DNA of 64,000 nt from Antedon mediterranea (lineage: Eukaryota; Animalia; Echinodermata), in the NCBI RefSeq assembly GCF_964355755.1, contig NC_092673.1, forward strand, positions 21,449,648-21,513,647, written 5' to 3'. This document shows positions 63,660 to 64,000 of this stretch, piece after piece; within the stretch, counting starts at the first letter, position 1; every line of letters starts with the position of its first letter. The position numbers were made by a program, and so were the translations under genes. The notes under the pieces are model-generated. The model made no database searches. It saw only the letters and a program-made list of their open reading frames with translations, and was not told the DNA's origin.

Positions 63660-63725
63660 AGCCCGTAGCCAGGGAGGTTCGTAGGGTTCGAACGAACCCC
63701 CTTTTTCCTGAAGTGCCCTTTTCAA
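63660..63725 (+). mobile_element. hAT-like left-end fragment
   Basis: AGCCCGTAGCCAGGGAGGTTCGTAGGGTTCGAACGAACCCC; a similar motif occurs near 53878. Confidence 0.4.
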
Positions 63726-63961
63726 ACCAGACTAGCCTCGGCATAGGCCTAGCCCATATGATGATTTTTTACATTTTCTGTAGTATAGCCAGCAGGCAAA
63801 TGTTACTTTTATTACTAAATAGCAAGATCGTATCATAAAATAGCTAGGCTAGTAATCCCGCCGTTTCCAGTGTATTTTCAATTTTCAATTTATTTTACAA
63901 TGAAAATGATGGTTTTACATCATTTGCCGTCTCTGTCTTTAGTATTAGTATTTACTATTAG

Positions 63962-63990
63962 CAAAGAACTTATATGTTATAAGTTCTTTG
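63962..63990. mobile_element. 29-bp joined-TIR remnant of the P-like family, with 7-bp TSD
   Basis: CTATTAG|CAAAGAACTTATA-TGTTATAAGTTCTTTG|CTATTAG; identical to the terminal 13 and 16 bp of the 26523-26941 TIRs. Confidence 0.85.
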
Positions 63991-64000
63991 CTATTAGCCC

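Overview
AT-rich, intron-containing animal genomic DNA, probably an invertebrate deuterostome such as an echinoderm (inferred from protein similarity and repeat content). I reconstructed five spliced genes by hand from GT-AG exons. MARCHF5 (5' end only, minus strand) lies head-to-head with beta-TrCP (BTRC/FBXW11 family, 12 coding exons, ~508 aa). Downstream on the plus strand are a KIF20B-like kinesin-6 (17 coding exons, ~1793 aa), ZRANB1/TRABID (6 coding exons, ~644 aa) and a C2orf42 orthologue (6 coding exons, ~565 aa). Introns and spacers are dense with non-autonomous DNA transposons (Kolobok-, Harbinger-, hAT-, Tc1/mariner-, Ginger-, P- and Helentron-like), LINE/SINE/Penelope relics and minisatellites. 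No intact transposase or RT ORF was found. The most notable observations are: a P-like MITE together with an apparent excision footprint of the same family; a minimal hammerhead-ribozyme-like relic in the MARCHF5/BTRC promoter gap; a candidate micro-exon created by splice-acceptor duplication; a Ginger-like element carrying an array of C/EBP-type palindromes; and gene linkage matching the vertebrate 10q/5q/2p paralogon. Transposon superfamily calls rest on termini and TSDs only. Coordinates were counted by eye and may be off by a few bases.
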